Below the pieces are notes generated by a model that worked only from the letters and a program-made list of their open reading frames with translations, made no database searches and had not been told where the DNA came from. Below, piece by piece: positions 1 through 9,086 of a stretch of DNA of 52,556 nucleotides (positions are counted from its first letter, which is position 1; each line of letters begins with the position of its first letter). A program made the translations under genes and the position numbers. The stretch lies in the IMG/VR virus record IMGVR_UViG_3300036829_000111, positions 1-52,556 of that record. One strand, written 5' to 3'. This stretch comes from a virus. Lineage: Duplodnaviria; Caudoviricetes.

Positions 1-256
1 GCTTCCAGACGGTGAGCGTGTCGCCCTGGCGCACGTAGTCAAGCGCCGCGGTGAGCCCTGCACGCTCGGAGGCGGCCTTGCGGGTGCTGATCTTCTCGGT
101 GTAGATCCGGCCGCACCCGGCGGCGGTCAGCGCGTCGTGCTGGAGCTGCGCGTCCTGCGCGTCGGTCGAGACGCGGGCGAGGCCGATCAGGTTCCGGTCG
201 CCGCTGGGGACGTCGATGACGGTGAATGCCGGCGCGGGTGCTGCGGCGTGTGACAT
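1..256 (-). CDS. Small serine recombinase (resolvase/invertase), 5' part, truncated by window edge
   Basis: Manual translation from ATG at 256: MSHAAAPAPAFTVIDVPSGDRNLIGLARVSTDAQDAQLQHDALTAAGCGRIYTEKIS...RAGLTAALDYVRQGDTLTVWK. Contains the ARVST catalytic serine motif and the GDTLxVW motif. Confidence 0.93.
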   Translation of the reverse strand, partial: MSHAAAPAPAFTVIDVPSGDRNLIGLARVSTDAQDAQLQHDALTAAGCGRIYTEKISTRKAASERAGLTAALDYVRQGDTLTVWK

Positions 257-265
257 AGCTCTAGT

Positions 266-370
266 GTATCAAAACTGTCTCACAACTTTCAGCGTTTCAG
301 CTAAGTTTTTAGACAAGTTTTGAGACGGCAAACGCCGAGTGCGGGTACCTGCTGCCGGTCGTCTCATAAA
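266..370. promoter_or_regulatory. Putative res/crossover site and resolvase promoter
   Basis: AT-rich island with imperfect inverted repeat GTATCAAAACTGTCTCACAACTT (266-288) / AAGTTTTTAGACAAGTTTTGAGAC (303-326) and a further GTCTCA at 361, directly upstream of the resolvase. Confidence 0.65.
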
Positions 371-650
371 TGACCGTTAAGGGACGCGCCTCGATAGCGG
401 CCACCGCCTCCGGGTCGTGCACATACCACCCGTCCCGGATCTGTCCCCGCTCGCCCCACGCTAGGTGCACGAGCCACCGGTCCCCGGAACGCTGCCACGC
501 CAGCACCCAGCACAACTGCCAGGTGCCATCTGTGCGGCGGACCATCAGCCGCGGCGTCCTCGGCGCGGTCAGCGGGGCATCCTCGTCCGGCTCCGCAGGC
601 ACCAGGTCGGGGACGACTCGGCGTGGCGGCTGCGGGACGATGGGATGCAC
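309..650 (-). CDS. Hypothetical protein (Trp-rich small beta domain)
   Basis: ORF co-oriented with the operon; core WQLCWVLAWQRSGDRWLVHLAW. The 3' end runs into the res region. Confidence 0.55.
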   Translation of the reverse strand: MHPIVPQPPRRVVPDLVPAEPDEDAPLTAPRTPRLMVRRTDGTWQLCWVLAWQRSGDRWLVHLAWGERGQIRDGWYVHDPEAVAAIEARPLTVIYETTGSRYPHSAFAVSKLV

Positions 651-657
651 TTGCTGA

Positions 658-945
658 TTATGCGGTCGGCCGCGGTACCGGTGCCAGCCCGCGCAGGAAC
701 GACTCGGCTCGCCGTTCCCAGTCGTGCCAGTTCTCGTTACCGCCGCCGGGTGGCCGCTCCCCGTACTGGCGCAGGAAGAAGGCTTCCTCGAGCAGCTGGC
801 GCGCGGGGTCCTGCTCGCCGTACGCCTGAATGATCGCGTCTGCCATCTGCTCGGCGACGACCTTCCCGGCCAGCGGTCCCGTTGCCGGGACGCGGACCTC
901 TATCCGGGTCAGGGCGTCGGCGAGACGCTCACGGTCAATCGGCAT
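658..945 (-). CDS. Hypothetical phage protein
   Basis: Tightly packed minus-strand ORF overlapping the upstream gene. Confidence 0.7.
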   Translation of the reverse strand: MPIDRERLADALTRIEVRVPATGPLAGKVVAEQMADAIIQAYGEQDPARQLLEEAFFLRQYGERPPGGGNENWHDWERRAESFLRGLAPVPRPTA

Positions 946-1234
946 CGGTGCCGTCCTCCTCCGGCCCGTAGACGGCTCCCTGCCACGATTCCACGGCCAC
1001 CGTGTGACCGGTCTCCTTAACGTGGTCCATGGCGTCGCGGCAGAGCACGTGCCAGTCCGATGTCCACCCGTGGAGACCGTCTACAGGGAGCGGCCCGCAG
1101 GTCTTGCACACGACTGCGCTTTTACCGGCGGTCTCGCGGAGCCATGTGCCGCCGATGTAGGGCTTGCCGTCGCGGTGCACACGGTAGGCGATGACCTCAA
1201 ACGGCCCTTCGGCCACCACAACCGGCTCAGACAT
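935..1234 (-). CDS. Hypothetical protein with CxxC and His motif
   Basis: CKTCG...HVKETGH; overlaps neighbours. Confidence 0.7.
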   Translation of the reverse strand: MSEPVVVAEGPFEVIAYRVHRDGKPYIGGTWLRETAGKSAVVCKTCGPLPVDGLHGWTSDWHVLCRDAMDHVKETGHTVAVESWQGAVYGPEEDGTDAD

Positions 1235-1685
1235 CCGGCGCCTCCTTCCACGGGCCGATCGTGCGGTACATGACCTGGGGCTCCTCCGGCGGGTAGATCA
1301 GCGCGACCTGACGGGCGGCGCGGCGTGCCATGTCCTCGTCGTCGTAAGGCTGGATGTGGAAGCCGCCCGGCGCGTCGTGGTAGCGACCCTTGTACCGGAC
1401 CGCCCACCGGGTGCGGGTGCCGGGCTCCGGCTGGCGGCCGGTCTCATGGGCGCGGGTGACCCATCCGGCGATCACCTGGCAGACGGCATCCTCCCACTCG
1501 GCGAGCCACGTGATGGTTCGCTCGTCGTAGGCGCCGGTCGTGACTCCGGCAGCGGAGAGGGCGCAGTGGAGCAGCTCCCGGTTCTGAGGGTCGCGGAGGA
1601 TGCTCCAGCCGGGTTCGGGAGTGATCGCATGGTGGGCGGCGGAACGGGCGGCCTGCTTGTCCCCGTAGGGGCCGTTGTCAGCCAC
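1227..1685 (-). CDS. Hypothetical phage protein
   Basis: Translationally coupled ORF with normal composition. Confidence 0.7.
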   Translation of the reverse strand: MADNGPYGDKQAARSAAHHAITPEPGWSILRDPQNRELLHCALSAAGVTTGAYDERTITWLAEWEDAVCQVIAGWVTRAHETGRQPEPGTRTRWAVRYKGRYHDAPGGFHIQPYDDEDMARRAARQVALIYPPEEPQVMYRTIGPWKEAPDV

Positions 1686-2034
1686 GGCGTACCGCCCCCC
1701 GGAACCAGTCGAGCCACTGTCTCCGCGTCCACCGGGCGTCCGCGACCGCGGTCGCGCCGTCCTCGCACCACGCGGCCAGTTCCTCCAGCGTGCGGAACGA
1801 GGGCGACAGCGGAGTACCCGGAGTGGTCGTCTCGTACAGCGCGTACTCGTACCGGCGACCTTCGGGGATCTCCGGCATGTACTCGGCCGGGTCGACGTCC
1901 CAGCCCGCCTTCAGGTCTTCGCGCATGTCGCGGCGTGAGAACAGGGGCACGTACTTCGGTGACCCGTCGCTGTAGGTGCCGCGATGGCGGGGATGCTTCC
2001 AGCCCCTCGCGACCGGGCGCAGTTCACGTCCCAT
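1678..2034 (-). CDS. Hypothetical phage protein
   Basis: Likely start at ATG 2034 (MGRELRPVARGWKHP...YALYETTTPGTPLSPSFRTLEELAAWC). Confidence 0.75.
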   Translation of the reverse strand: MGRELRPVARGWKHPRHRGTYSDGSPKYVPLFSRRDMREDLKAGWDVDPAEYMPEIPEGRRYEYALYETTTPGTPLSPSFRTLEELAAWCEDGATAVADARWTRRQWLDWFRGAVRRG

Positions 2035-2038
2035 TGGC

Positions 2039-2461
2039 CTAGCCCCTCCTCGGCGCAGCGGCGTCCTTGGCGTGCGCCTCGGCGTAGCGCTCGGCTTCCA
2101 TGAACGCGCGCTGGAACTGCTCGCGCTTCTCGGTGCTGAGGGCGACGCCGTCACTGCCGGCGAAGACCTGCAGCACGACGTCCGCGCCCTTGTGGCCGAC
2201 CTCAACCGAGCAGCCGTCGGGGGCGAAGATGACGTCGATGTCCTGGTAGCTACTCGCCACCCCTGCGGGCCGCGCCGGCTCCGGGCGCTCGAACGCCTCG
2301 ATGGCCCGCCTGCGGGCCTCGTCCGCCAGCCCGGCCATACGGTCCGTCCACTGGGGGGCGTGATTCGGGTCTTCCCGGATACGGGCGGCGAACTCCTCCA
2401 GCGCCGTGTCGAGGACGAACGCGAGGTCGCCGTCAAGTTCGTATGCGACTACGGGACGCAT
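2039..2461 (-). CDS. Hypothetical protein
   Basis: Packed ORF with purine-rich RBS upstream. Confidence 0.7.
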   Translation of the reverse strand: MRPVVAYELDGDLAFVLDTALEEFAARIREDPNHAPQWTDRMAGLADEARRRAIEAFERPEPARPAGVASSYQDIDVIFAPDGCSVEVGHKGADVVLQVFAGSDGVALSTEKREQFQRAFMEAERYAEAHAKDAAAPRRG

Positions 2462-2464
2462 GCT

Positions 2465-2716
2465 CTACCTCTTTCCTGCCGCCGCAGCGGTGTCCTTGGC
2501 GGCCACCAGCCGCCACTTAAAGTCCCCGGAATGCGCCTGCATGCCGTTGCGCTTCCAGAACGGGATGATCGCGCCGTTTCGCAGCTTCGCCTGCACGTAC
2601 ACCGCGCCGACCTTCTCCACCGTCGCGGGGATCTCGGCGCCGCCCCGCTTCGGCCGGCGGGTCACGCCGTTGAGTTCGAGGACGAGGCAACGCTGACCCT
2701 TGTGCCACTCGGTCAC
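2465..2716 (-). CDS. Hypothetical protein
   Basis: GTG start overlapping the upstream TGA (GTGA). Confidence 0.65.
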   Translation of the reverse strand: MTEWHKGQRCLVLELNGVTRRPKRGGAEIPATVEKVGAVYVQAKLRNGAIIPFWKRNGMQAHSGDFKWRLVAAKDTAAAAGKR

Positions 2717-3012
2717 TGCTGGCCGTCCTTCACGGTCAGCGACTTCTGCGCCGCGGTCCACGTCGGACACGGGTGCAGGGCGGACATGACCGGGTCCTCC
2801 GGGTCGGAGCACGTCTTGCACACCCACGTCCGGCCGTCGGCCACCAGGACCGGGACGTGCGGCTTCAGCGCTTCCGTGAGCGCGTTAGCGGCGCGGGCAA
2901 GCGCGGACGCCTGCTCGGCGAGCACGCCCGGCGTGTCCGGCGTCTTCGCCGCGAGGTCGCGGAGGTTTCCCACCTCCGTTGCCACGTCGGTGGCCTGCTC
3001 TAGTGACATCAC
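2713..3012 (-). CDS. Hypothetical protein (CxxC plus HxC)
   Basis: GAAGGAGAGG RBS before GTG/ATG; MSLEQATDV...CKTC...HPC. Confidence 0.65.
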   Translation of the reverse strand: MMSLEQATDVATEVGNLRDLAAKTPDTPGVLAEQASALARAANALTEALKPHVPVLVADGRTWVCKTCSDPEDPVMSALHPCPTWTAAQKSLTVKDGQQ

Positions 3013-3025
3013 CTGGTCCTCTCCT

Positions 3026-3478
3026 TCACTGGACGGACCGGCCGAACCGTGCCCGGTCGCGCCCGCTGTCCTCGTCGTTGTCCTGCGGCCACGAGGTGCC
3101 GCCCGACGCCCCGTGGTCGCCGTCGTGGCCGGTCGGCTGGTCGCAGTACTGCGGCGGCTCTCCGTACGAGCCGTCACCGTTACGCGGCGGCCACCACTCG
3201 GCGCCGCACAGGTCGCCGTCCTCCCCGTCGCGCCATGCTTCGTGAGCCAGGCGCTCCGCCTCGTCCTCGGCTTCCTCCGCCTTCGCGGCCACCATCTGCG
3301 CCCGCAGGTCCGGGAGGATCGCGGCGAGCTGGTCGACCCCGGCGACGGTCAGCTCCATCTCCGGGATGAGCCCGTGCGAGTAGTCCCGCCTGACGGTGAC
3401 CGGCTCGCCCTCGTGGTCGGCGATCGTGCCGACCGGGACGTGGCGGTGCGCTGCGTCGTTCATGACCTTCCCCTTCAT
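3026..3478 (-). CDS. Hypothetical protein
   Basis: ATGA overlap with upstream gene; C-terminal C...CxxxxGHxGxH motif. Confidence 0.65.
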   Translation of the reverse strand: MKGKVMNDAAHRHVPVGTIADHEGEPVTVRRDYSHGLIPEMELTVAGVDQLAAILPDLRAQMVAAKAEEAEDEAERLAHEAWRDGEDGDLCGAEWWPPRNGDGSYGEPPQYCDQPTGHDGDHGASGGTSWPQDNDEDSGRDRARFGRSVQ

Positions 3479-3942
3479 CGCCAGCAGCCACAGGGCTGCT
3501 CCTGCCGGTGCTCGCCCCGCGAGAGGGCGAGCATGTCCGCGTCAACGCACGCGTCATGCATGAGGTCGTCGAGGCCGGCCCGGTACCGGTCGATCCCGGC
3601 GAGACGCTGCGCGCGGACCATGTCCACCAGCGCGCCCGGCACCGCGTCCCCGGCCGGGCCGATGCGGCCCCCGGGGCCTTCCGGGCGCCCGTCCGGACTC
3701 CAGCGGACCACGTGGTACACCTGCGAGTGCTGCGTCAGCCACGACACCCCGGACGCGCCGTCCTCCGCCGTCCAGTGCACCCGGGCGAACCGGTCAGTGC
3801 CCGTGCCGGGCGTCACGGCGTCCACGCGGACGGGCTGCGGCCAGAACGGGACGAGGATCTCGTCACCGGCATCGGCCTGCCACAGTTCCGGCGGGCGCGG
3901 GACGTGCTGGTCGCGGAGAAGCGTCATCTGCTCAGGTGTCAT
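3475..3942 (-). CDS. Hypothetical protein
   Basis: ATG 3942 preceded by GGAGG. Confidence 0.65.
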   Translation of the reverse strand: MTPEQMTLLRDQHVPRPPELWQADAGDEILVPFWPQPVRVDAVTPGTGTDRFARVHWTAEDGASGVSWLTQHSQVYHVVRWSPDGRPEGPGGRIGPAGDAVPGALVDMVRAQRLAGIDRYRAGLDDLMHDACVDADMLALSRGEHRQEQPCGCWR

Positions 3943-4047
3943 CGCCGGTCCTCCGTCCACTCGGCGTACCGGCGCTCCAGCCGCCGCATTCCGGGTGCTC
4001 TGTGATGGCCGGTGCGGCGGTGATTGCGGCGTTGCTCATGGCAAAAT

Positions 4048-4104
4048 TGTACAACGCGACGACTTGTACAGGCAAGCGCGAACGTGACTCAGTTACCATG
4101 TACT
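4048..4104. promoter_or_regulatory. TGTACA operator palindromes in divergent promoter region
   Basis: TTGTACAA (4048-4055), TTGTACAG (4064-4071) and ATGTACT (4098-4104) upstream of the Phd/YefM-like gene. Confidence 0.65.
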
Positions 4105-4105
4105 C

Positions 4106-4333
4106 ATGGACACGATTCCCGGCACGATGAACGTCAGCGAAGCGCGGGCGAACCTCACCGAAGTCGTCAACACAGTGCGCCTTCAGGACCGCACGGTGCG
4201 CTTGATGCGACGGGGAACACCGCAGGCGGCAGTCGTGCCCGTCGACATCCTCGACCTCATTGAGGAAGTGGGTGGCCTGGATGATGCCCGGTCGGCGCTT
4301 CGCCGCTACAACGACCCGCCCTCCGACATCTAG
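4106..4333 (+). CDS. Phd/YefM-family antitoxin-like protein (no adjacent toxin)
   Basis: MNVSEARANLTEVVNTV...VRLMRRGTPQAAVVPVD matches the Phd/YefM N-terminal pattern. Confidence 0.88.
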   Translation: MDTIPGTMNVSEARANLTEVVNTVRLQDRTVRLMRRGTPQAAVVPVDILDLIEEVGGLDDARSALRRYNDPPSDI

Positions 4334-4338
4334 CCGCC

Positions 4339-4692
4339 TCACGCCGCCGTCCTCCGCAGCTTCCCGCGTTCGTGGTACTCGTTGTCGAGCCTGCGCACAT
4401 GCTCCGGAACCGGTTTCCCGTCCCTCCGGTACGCCTTCGCGTCCGCGTGGGCCCGCCGCAGCAGCAGGTCCCGGTCGGTGACATCCGGGCCATCCTCGTC
4501 GGCGCTGACGACCACACGGAGCCGCACCGGGTCGACAGCATCCGCCAGCACCAGGACGAGGGCTTCGATCTCCTCACGGGACAGTTTCCGGGTGATGTGG
4601 CCGGGGCTGAGCCGTCCCTCGACGCACTTGACGACGACGGGCGCGACGAACTTCGCGCGGGCGATCAGGGCGTCACGTTCGGCGGGGGTCAT
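4339..4692 (-). CDS. Hypothetical protein
   Basis: ATG 4692 with ATGA overlap (MTPAERDALIARAKF...). Confidence 0.7.
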   Translation of the reverse strand: MTPAERDALIARAKFVAPVVVKCVEGRLSPGHITRKLSREEIEALVLVLADAVDPVRLRVVVSADEDGPDVTDRDLLLRRAHADAKAYRRDGKPVPEHVRRLDNEYHERGKLRRTAA

Positions 4693-5141
4693 GACGGGTT
4701 CTCGTGTCCTGCGAGCTTGCGGAGGCGCGCGGCAAACTCCCTGCGGAACTCCGCGCGCTCCCCGTGGATGATGGCGGTCATGCTGTCGCCGTGTTTGGCT
4801 GCGGCCTGCTGGTCGCGGGCGGCCAGGCCCTCCTGACGCCCGGCCTCGGCGCACAGTGCCTCGCGCATGTCGCGGACGACATCGCGGGCCTCGTCGCGCT
4901 GGGCGGTGACGGTTTCGAGGCCGTCGATCGTCATCTCGAAGATCTTGTCCCGGGTGCCCTGTGCCGGCTTGCCCCCGGCCTTCTCGACCGCGGCGATGGT
5001 CACCGACGCGACGTGGGCTGCACCCGCCTTGTCGGAGCCGAGCGCGGCGATCTGGATCAGCCCGGCCCATGCCTCGCGCAGCTGCGCGGTGACCTGGTCG
5101 AGCCGCTCCTCCAGCGCGGCACGCTCCGATGCGGCGGTCAC
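4689..5141 (-). CDS. Hypothetical coiled-coil protein
   Basis: GTG start overlapping upstream stop; helical Ala/Glu/Arg-rich. Confidence 0.65.
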   Translation of the reverse strand: MTAASERAALEERLDQVTAQLREAWAGLIQIAALGSDKAGAAHVASVTIAAVEKAGGKPAQGTRDKIFEMTIDGLETVTAQRDEARDVVRDMREALCAEAGRQEGLAARDQQAAAKHGDSMTAIIHGERAEFRREFAARLRKLAGHENPS

Positions 5142-5686
5142 GGCCTGGGCTCCGGTGCGGCGAGCTTCCGCAGCTCGGCGGCGCACTCGCGTTGCCTGAC
5201 AGCGTCGGCTTGCATGGCGGCGCGACTGTTGTAGGCGGGCTCGTTGGCGGCGTCAATGTCTCCCGCGTCCGCCTCGCCTTCCCACTCGTCCGCCAGTTCG
5301 GTGACGGCCTCACGCAGCGCGTTCCGCTCGGCGGCGAGCCGGATGCTTTCGGTGTGGGCCGCGGCCAGCTCCGCCTGCAGACCGGCAGCACGGGCACGGG
5401 AGCCTTCGAGGCGCGCCTGCGCCACGTGGAGATCCGTCTCCAGCTCGCCGATGCGGGCGGCCTGCTGGTCGCGCTCGGCGAGTTTCTTGGCCGTGTTCGG
5501 GTAGCCGGCCTTGAGGACGGCCTGCGCGCCAGCCTCCATCGCAGCGCTGTTCTCATCGGCCAGCTCGTCGTAAGGGACGTACATGGGCTCGTCGGTCTGG
5601 ATGTAGTCCCCGTTCAGGTACGGGTGGGCGGCGATGTACGCGTCGTAGTACGTGCGGCCGGGTGATGTCGCGGTTTTCTCGGTCAT
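5138..5686 (-). CDS. Hypothetical coiled-coil protein
   Basis: Coupled ORF with heptad-like region. Confidence 0.7.
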   Translation of the reverse strand: MTEKTATSPGRTYYDAYIAAHPYLNGDYIQTDEPMYVPYDELADENSAAMEAGAQAVLKAGYPNTAKKLAERDQQAARIGELETDLHVAQARLEGSRARAAGLQAELAAAHTESIRLAAERNALREAVTELADEWEGEADAGDIDAANEPAYNSRAAMQADAVRQRECAAELRKLAAPEPRP

Positions 5687-6135
5687 CGTGCTGTTCCTTC
5701 CAGGGTTTGAGCGGTCTCCACCAGTCCGAGTTCGCGCGCCCGCTGCTCCGCCGCAGGCTCGGCGAACCGGATGAACTTCCGATGCTCCACGGCGTACGCG
5801 ATCTCCCCAGCTGTGGACTGGCCGAAGTAGCCGCTCTGGTCGGACACGACCAGCACCTCGTCGGCGAGGTCGATCTTGCGCTTGTGGAGGTCATCCAGGC
5901 TCGTCTTGACCTCGCCGCCCTGGCTGTCCTCCGCGGAGAGGTCGCCGGACCAGCCGAACACGCCGGGTGCGAGGACGATCCGGCCGGCCAGCGTCTCGTC
6001 CCGGTTCGCTGCGGTGAACTCGTCACGGAAGCGGGTCGAGCCGCACAGGCAGACGATCACCGGGCGCTTGCCGCCGAAGTCGCGGACGAGGTCGTGGTAC
6101 TCGCCGCATTCGTTTGAGTAGTGGGGGTAGCTCAT
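5683..6135 (-). CDS. Nucleoside 2-deoxyribosyltransferase-like (DUF4406-like) protein
   Basis: ICLCGSTRF...LHKRKIDLADEVLVV...GYFGQSTAGEIAYA pattern. Confidence 0.7.
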   Translation of the reverse strand: MSYPHYSNECGEYHDLVRDFGGKRPVIVCLCGSTRFRDEFTAANRDETLAGRIVLAPGVFGWSGDLSAEDSQGGEVKTSLDDLHKRKIDLADEVLVVSDQSGYFGQSTAGEIAYAVEHRKFIRFAEPAAEQRARELGLVETAQTLEGTAR

Positions 6136-6386
6136 CGTGTTCCTCCTGTTTGAGCGGTCTCCGCCGCAGCGGACTTGACGGCGTGCTCGGCGTCGCGGAG
6201 CGCGCGTGTCTCAGCGATGACAGCGGCCTCGAAGACGTCGACGGCGTCCATCACCTGCGTCACAGCCGGCCCGGTGATGCGGGCTATCGCAGCCGGGTCG
6301 CTGACCGGGGTTCGAGACAGGGTCGACTCCAGGCGGTGCGTCAGCGTGGACGTGAGAACCGCGCGGGCATCGGATGCGGTTGTCAT
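6132..6386 (-). CDS. Hypothetical protein
   Basis: Coupled ORF. Confidence 0.6.
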   Translation of the reverse strand: MTTASDARAVLTSTLTHRLESTLSRTPVSDPAAIARITGPAVTQVMDAVDVFEAAVIAETRALRDAEHAVKSAAAETAQTGGTR

Positions 6387-6428
6387 GGGGGGTTGTCCTA
6401 GCTGCGGGAATGGGTTGGTTGCGGGAAC

Positions 6429-6767
6429 TCAGGGAGAGGCGGCCAGTGCCGCCAGGTGGGCGTGCCACCGCTCGTGGTGGCCGCCGGCGTTCGTCGGGAC
6501 CGCTGGCTGCCACTTCCAGCCGCAGGCGCAGCCGATGCCGCGCAGGCCCGGCTCCGGCAGCTCCTCGGTGGTCAGCCAGTGCGGCAGGTGGCCGGCGTCC
6601 GTGACCAGCGGGGAGTGAGCGGGGCAGAGGTAGCCGTGGACGACGGGCTTGATCAGGCGCCAGCCGGGAACGTCGCGGAGTCCCTCGCCGGTCCAGATGT
6701 TGAACCGGGCCTCGCAGGCGGGGAACATGCAGTGGCGGAGGTAGCCGGGGTCGGTGAAGTCGGTCAT
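6429..6767 (-). CDS. Hypothetical Zn-binding protein
   Basis: CMFPAC, CPAH, CACG and HxxWxxH motifs; ATGA overlap. Confidence 0.65.
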   Translation of the reverse strand: MTDFTDPGYLRHCMFPACEARFNIWTGEGLRDVPGWRLIKPVVHGYLCPAHSPLVTDAGHLPHWLTTEELPEPGLRGIGCACGWKWQPAVPTNAGGHHERWHAHLAALAASP

Positions 6768-7516
6768 GACGCCTCGCCGAATAGGCAGCCTTGCGCGAGC
6801 CGACGGGCGGCGAGCTCGCAGTAGCGTTCGTCTGCCTCGATGCCGATGGCGCGGCGGCCGGAAGCGCGGGCAGCGTCCAGCGTCGAGCCAGATCCGGCGA
6901 ACGGGTCGATGATGAGGCCGCCGGGCGGGCACGCGTAGGCGATAAGCGGGTCGAGGATGCCGACCGGCTTCTCCGTGGGATGCAGGCCGCCACGCACGGA
7001 CTGAGCGAACTGGACTGACCGCGCCAGGCGCGTGCCGTCATCGTCATAGCGCGTCATGCCGATATCACCCAGGTGTGGTCCATGGGCAATGTTGCGCATC
7101 CGTATGTGCTTGTCCGGGCCGGTGTAGGCCGTGCGAGGGGTGTCGTGGTGGAGGTCGCTCCAGTCGCCCCGGTACCAGTGCGCAGCCGTCTCGTGGACGC
7201 GCTTGAAGCGGTCGGTCGCAAACCCAGTCCCGTTGGCTTTCTCCCAGATGACGTCCTGGCTGAGCTTCCACCGTGCGGCGGTGAACTCGTATCCGTGGTC
7301 GAGGAACATTCGCAGGCTGCCGAAGCACCACAGCGACCGCGTGACAGGTGCCGCCGTCTCAAGCCAGCCGTGCGGCCACCGATCCCATACGAGAGACGTC
7401 TCGCCGTACGGCGGGTCGGCGACGATGCAGTCCGCGGTGACGCCGAGTGCAGGCAGGATCCCGCGCGAGTCGCCGAGGTACAGCTCGACCTGGCCGTCGG
7501 CGAAGTAGGGCTTCAC
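6764..7516 (-). CDS. DNA N6-adenine/N4-cytosine methyltransferase (beta class)
   Basis: DPPY catalytic motif precedes HPTEKP and the DPFAGSGST SAM-binding motif. Confidence 0.95.
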   Translation of the reverse strand: MKPYFADGQVELYLGDSRGILPALGVTADCIVADPPYGETSLVWDRWPHGWLETAAPVTRSLWCFGSLRMFLDHGYEFTAARWKLSQDVIWEKANGTGFATDRFKRVHETAAHWYRGDWSDLHHDTPRTAYTGPDKHIRMRNIAHGPHLGDIGMTRYDDDGTRLARSVQFAQSVRGGLHPTEKPVGILDPLIAYACPPGGLIIDPFAGSGSTLDAARASGRRAIGIEADERYCELAARRLAQGCLFGEAS

Positions 7517-7728
7517 GCCGCCACCTCCAGCGCGCCCGGCGGGTTCAGCGGCCAGTCCGCCGCCTCCGCGTCCCACCACGCAGGCCACGACGTCCCGCAC
7601 ACCTCATGCGTGTAGTCGGCACGCAGGGAGCCGTTGCCGTCCGGGGTGACCGTGGACGGGAGGACCGCGGGGAAGTCGCCGGGGTGGCACTCCGGGCAGG
7701 CGTCGGCGAGCGGCGAGCGGGTCATCAC
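7513..7728 (-). CDS. Small Zn-ribbon-like hypothetical protein
   Basis: CPEC...HEVC; coupled at both ends. Confidence 0.6.
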   Translation of the reverse strand: MMTRSPLADACPECHPGDFPAVLPSTVTPDGNGSLRADYTHEVCGTSWPAWWDAEAADWPLNPPGALEVAA

Positions 7729-9086
7729 GCCGCCTCCTGGGGGAACTGCTGCTGTTCCTGCGCCGAGGGACGGTACATGTCGGCACACATCGCGAAATGT
7801 CCGCGGAACGCCAGCGTCGCAGTTCCGAGCGGTCCCTGCCGGTTCTTCGCCACGATCAGGTCGATCTCGCCAGCCCGGGCCGACTCCTGTTCATAGGCGT
7901 CCTGCCGGTACAGCAGGATCACGATGTCGCTGTCCTGCTCCACCGAACCCGAGTCACGCAGATCCGCGGGCAGCGGCCGGTGGTCCGTCCGCATCTCCGG
8001 GCCCCGGTTCAGCTGGCTGCCTACCAGGATCGGAACCTTGAACTCCTTCGCCAGCAGCTTCAGGCCACGCGAGAACTCCGAGATCTCCCGCTCCCTGCTC
8101 GCCGCCTTATCGGTGCCCTTGATGAGGCCGAGATAGTCGACGACCACCAGCTGCGCCGGGCTTCCCGCGCGGCGCATAGCCCGCAAATCCGACCGGATCG
8201 ACTGCACCGACATGTACGGGTCGTCGTTGATCAGCAGGTTCCCGCACCCCGTCAGGTGCGTGTGCGCCTTCGCGAGCCGCTCCCAGTCGCGCTCCTCAAG
8301 GCCGCCGTCCCGGATCCGCTTCAGCTCGACGCCGGCATGGAACGACAGGATCCGCTCGATGCACTCATCGGAGGACATCTCCATCGTGCACACGAGAACC
8401 GGCGCGCCCAGGTTGACGCCGGCGTGCACGGCGATGTTCAGCATGACCACGCTCTTGCCCATACCGGGGCGGCCGCCAACTGTGACCATCTGGCCGGGGC
8501 TGAAGCCCGGGACAAGCAGGTCGAGGTCCAGCCATCCGCTGGGGATGCCCTGCCGCCCTTCCGGGCCGCACTCGATGCGGTCGATTACCGGGCCGATCAG
8601 GTCGGCGATGCTCCGTGCGCCGGGCGGCAGCGCGGTGCCGGCTGCTTCGTCCAGCACCTTGTACGCCGCGTCGATGCGGTCGGCCAGGTCCGTGCTCCCG
8701 CCGAGAGCCGCGCTGCGGATGCTCGCTCCTGCCTCCGCGAGACGCCACCGGACGGCGCAGTCCCGCACCCGCTGCGCATACCAGGCGGCGCTCGCCGCGG
8801 ACGGGACTGCGGTTATCAAGGTGTGCAGGTACGGTGCACCGCCGGTCTTCGCGAGCGTGCGGCGTGTCTCCAGCTCGGCCTTGACGCGGATCGGGTCCGC
8901 ATGCTCCCCGCGGCCGGAAATCGCCGCGATCGCAGCGAAGATTTCCCCATGCGCGGGCCGCGCAAAGTCGCGGGCGTCCAAGATCTCCAGGCAGTCCGCG
9001 ACCGCAGCCTCCGACAGCATCATCGCGCCGAGCACCGCCTGCTCAGCCTGCAGGTCAGACGGGATCTCATTGTCGACGTCGTTCAC
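7725..9086 (-). CDS. dnaB: Replicative DNA helicase
   Basis: AEQAVLGAM N-terminus, GRPGMGKS Walker A, VVDYLGL, SQLNRG, DLRDSGSVEQDSD, KNRQGP. Confidence 0.97.
   Translation of the reverse strand: MNDVDNEIPSDLQAEQAVLGAMMLSEAAVADCLEILDARDFARPAHGEIFAAIAAISGRGEHADPIRVKAELETRRTLAKTGGAPYLHTLITAVPSAASAAWYAQRVRDCAVRWRLAEAGASIRSAALGGSTDLADRIDAAYKVLDEAAGTALPPGARSIADLIGPVIDRIECGPEGRQGIPSGWLDLDLLVPGFSPGQMVTVGGRPGMGKSVVMLNIAVHAGVNLGAPVLVCTMEMSSDECIERILSFHAGVELKRIRDGGLEERDWERLAKAHTHLTGCGNLLINDDPYMSVQSIRSDLRAMRRAGSPAQLVVVDYLGLIKGTDKAASREREISEFSRGLKLLAKEFKVPILVGSQLNRGPEMRTDHRPLPADLRDSGSVEQDSDIVILLYRQDAYEQESARAGEIDLIVAKNRQGPLGTATLAFRGHFAMCADMYRPSAQEQQQFPQEAA

Noticed and set aside
1976-4087. 703-aa plus-strand ORF and similar long ORFs (7797-9128, 9128-10879, 39219-40796, 44179-45918, 47821-49353)
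   Set aside because: Antisense shadows of well-supported genes. Stop codons are rare in high-GC DNA and the translations lack motifs.
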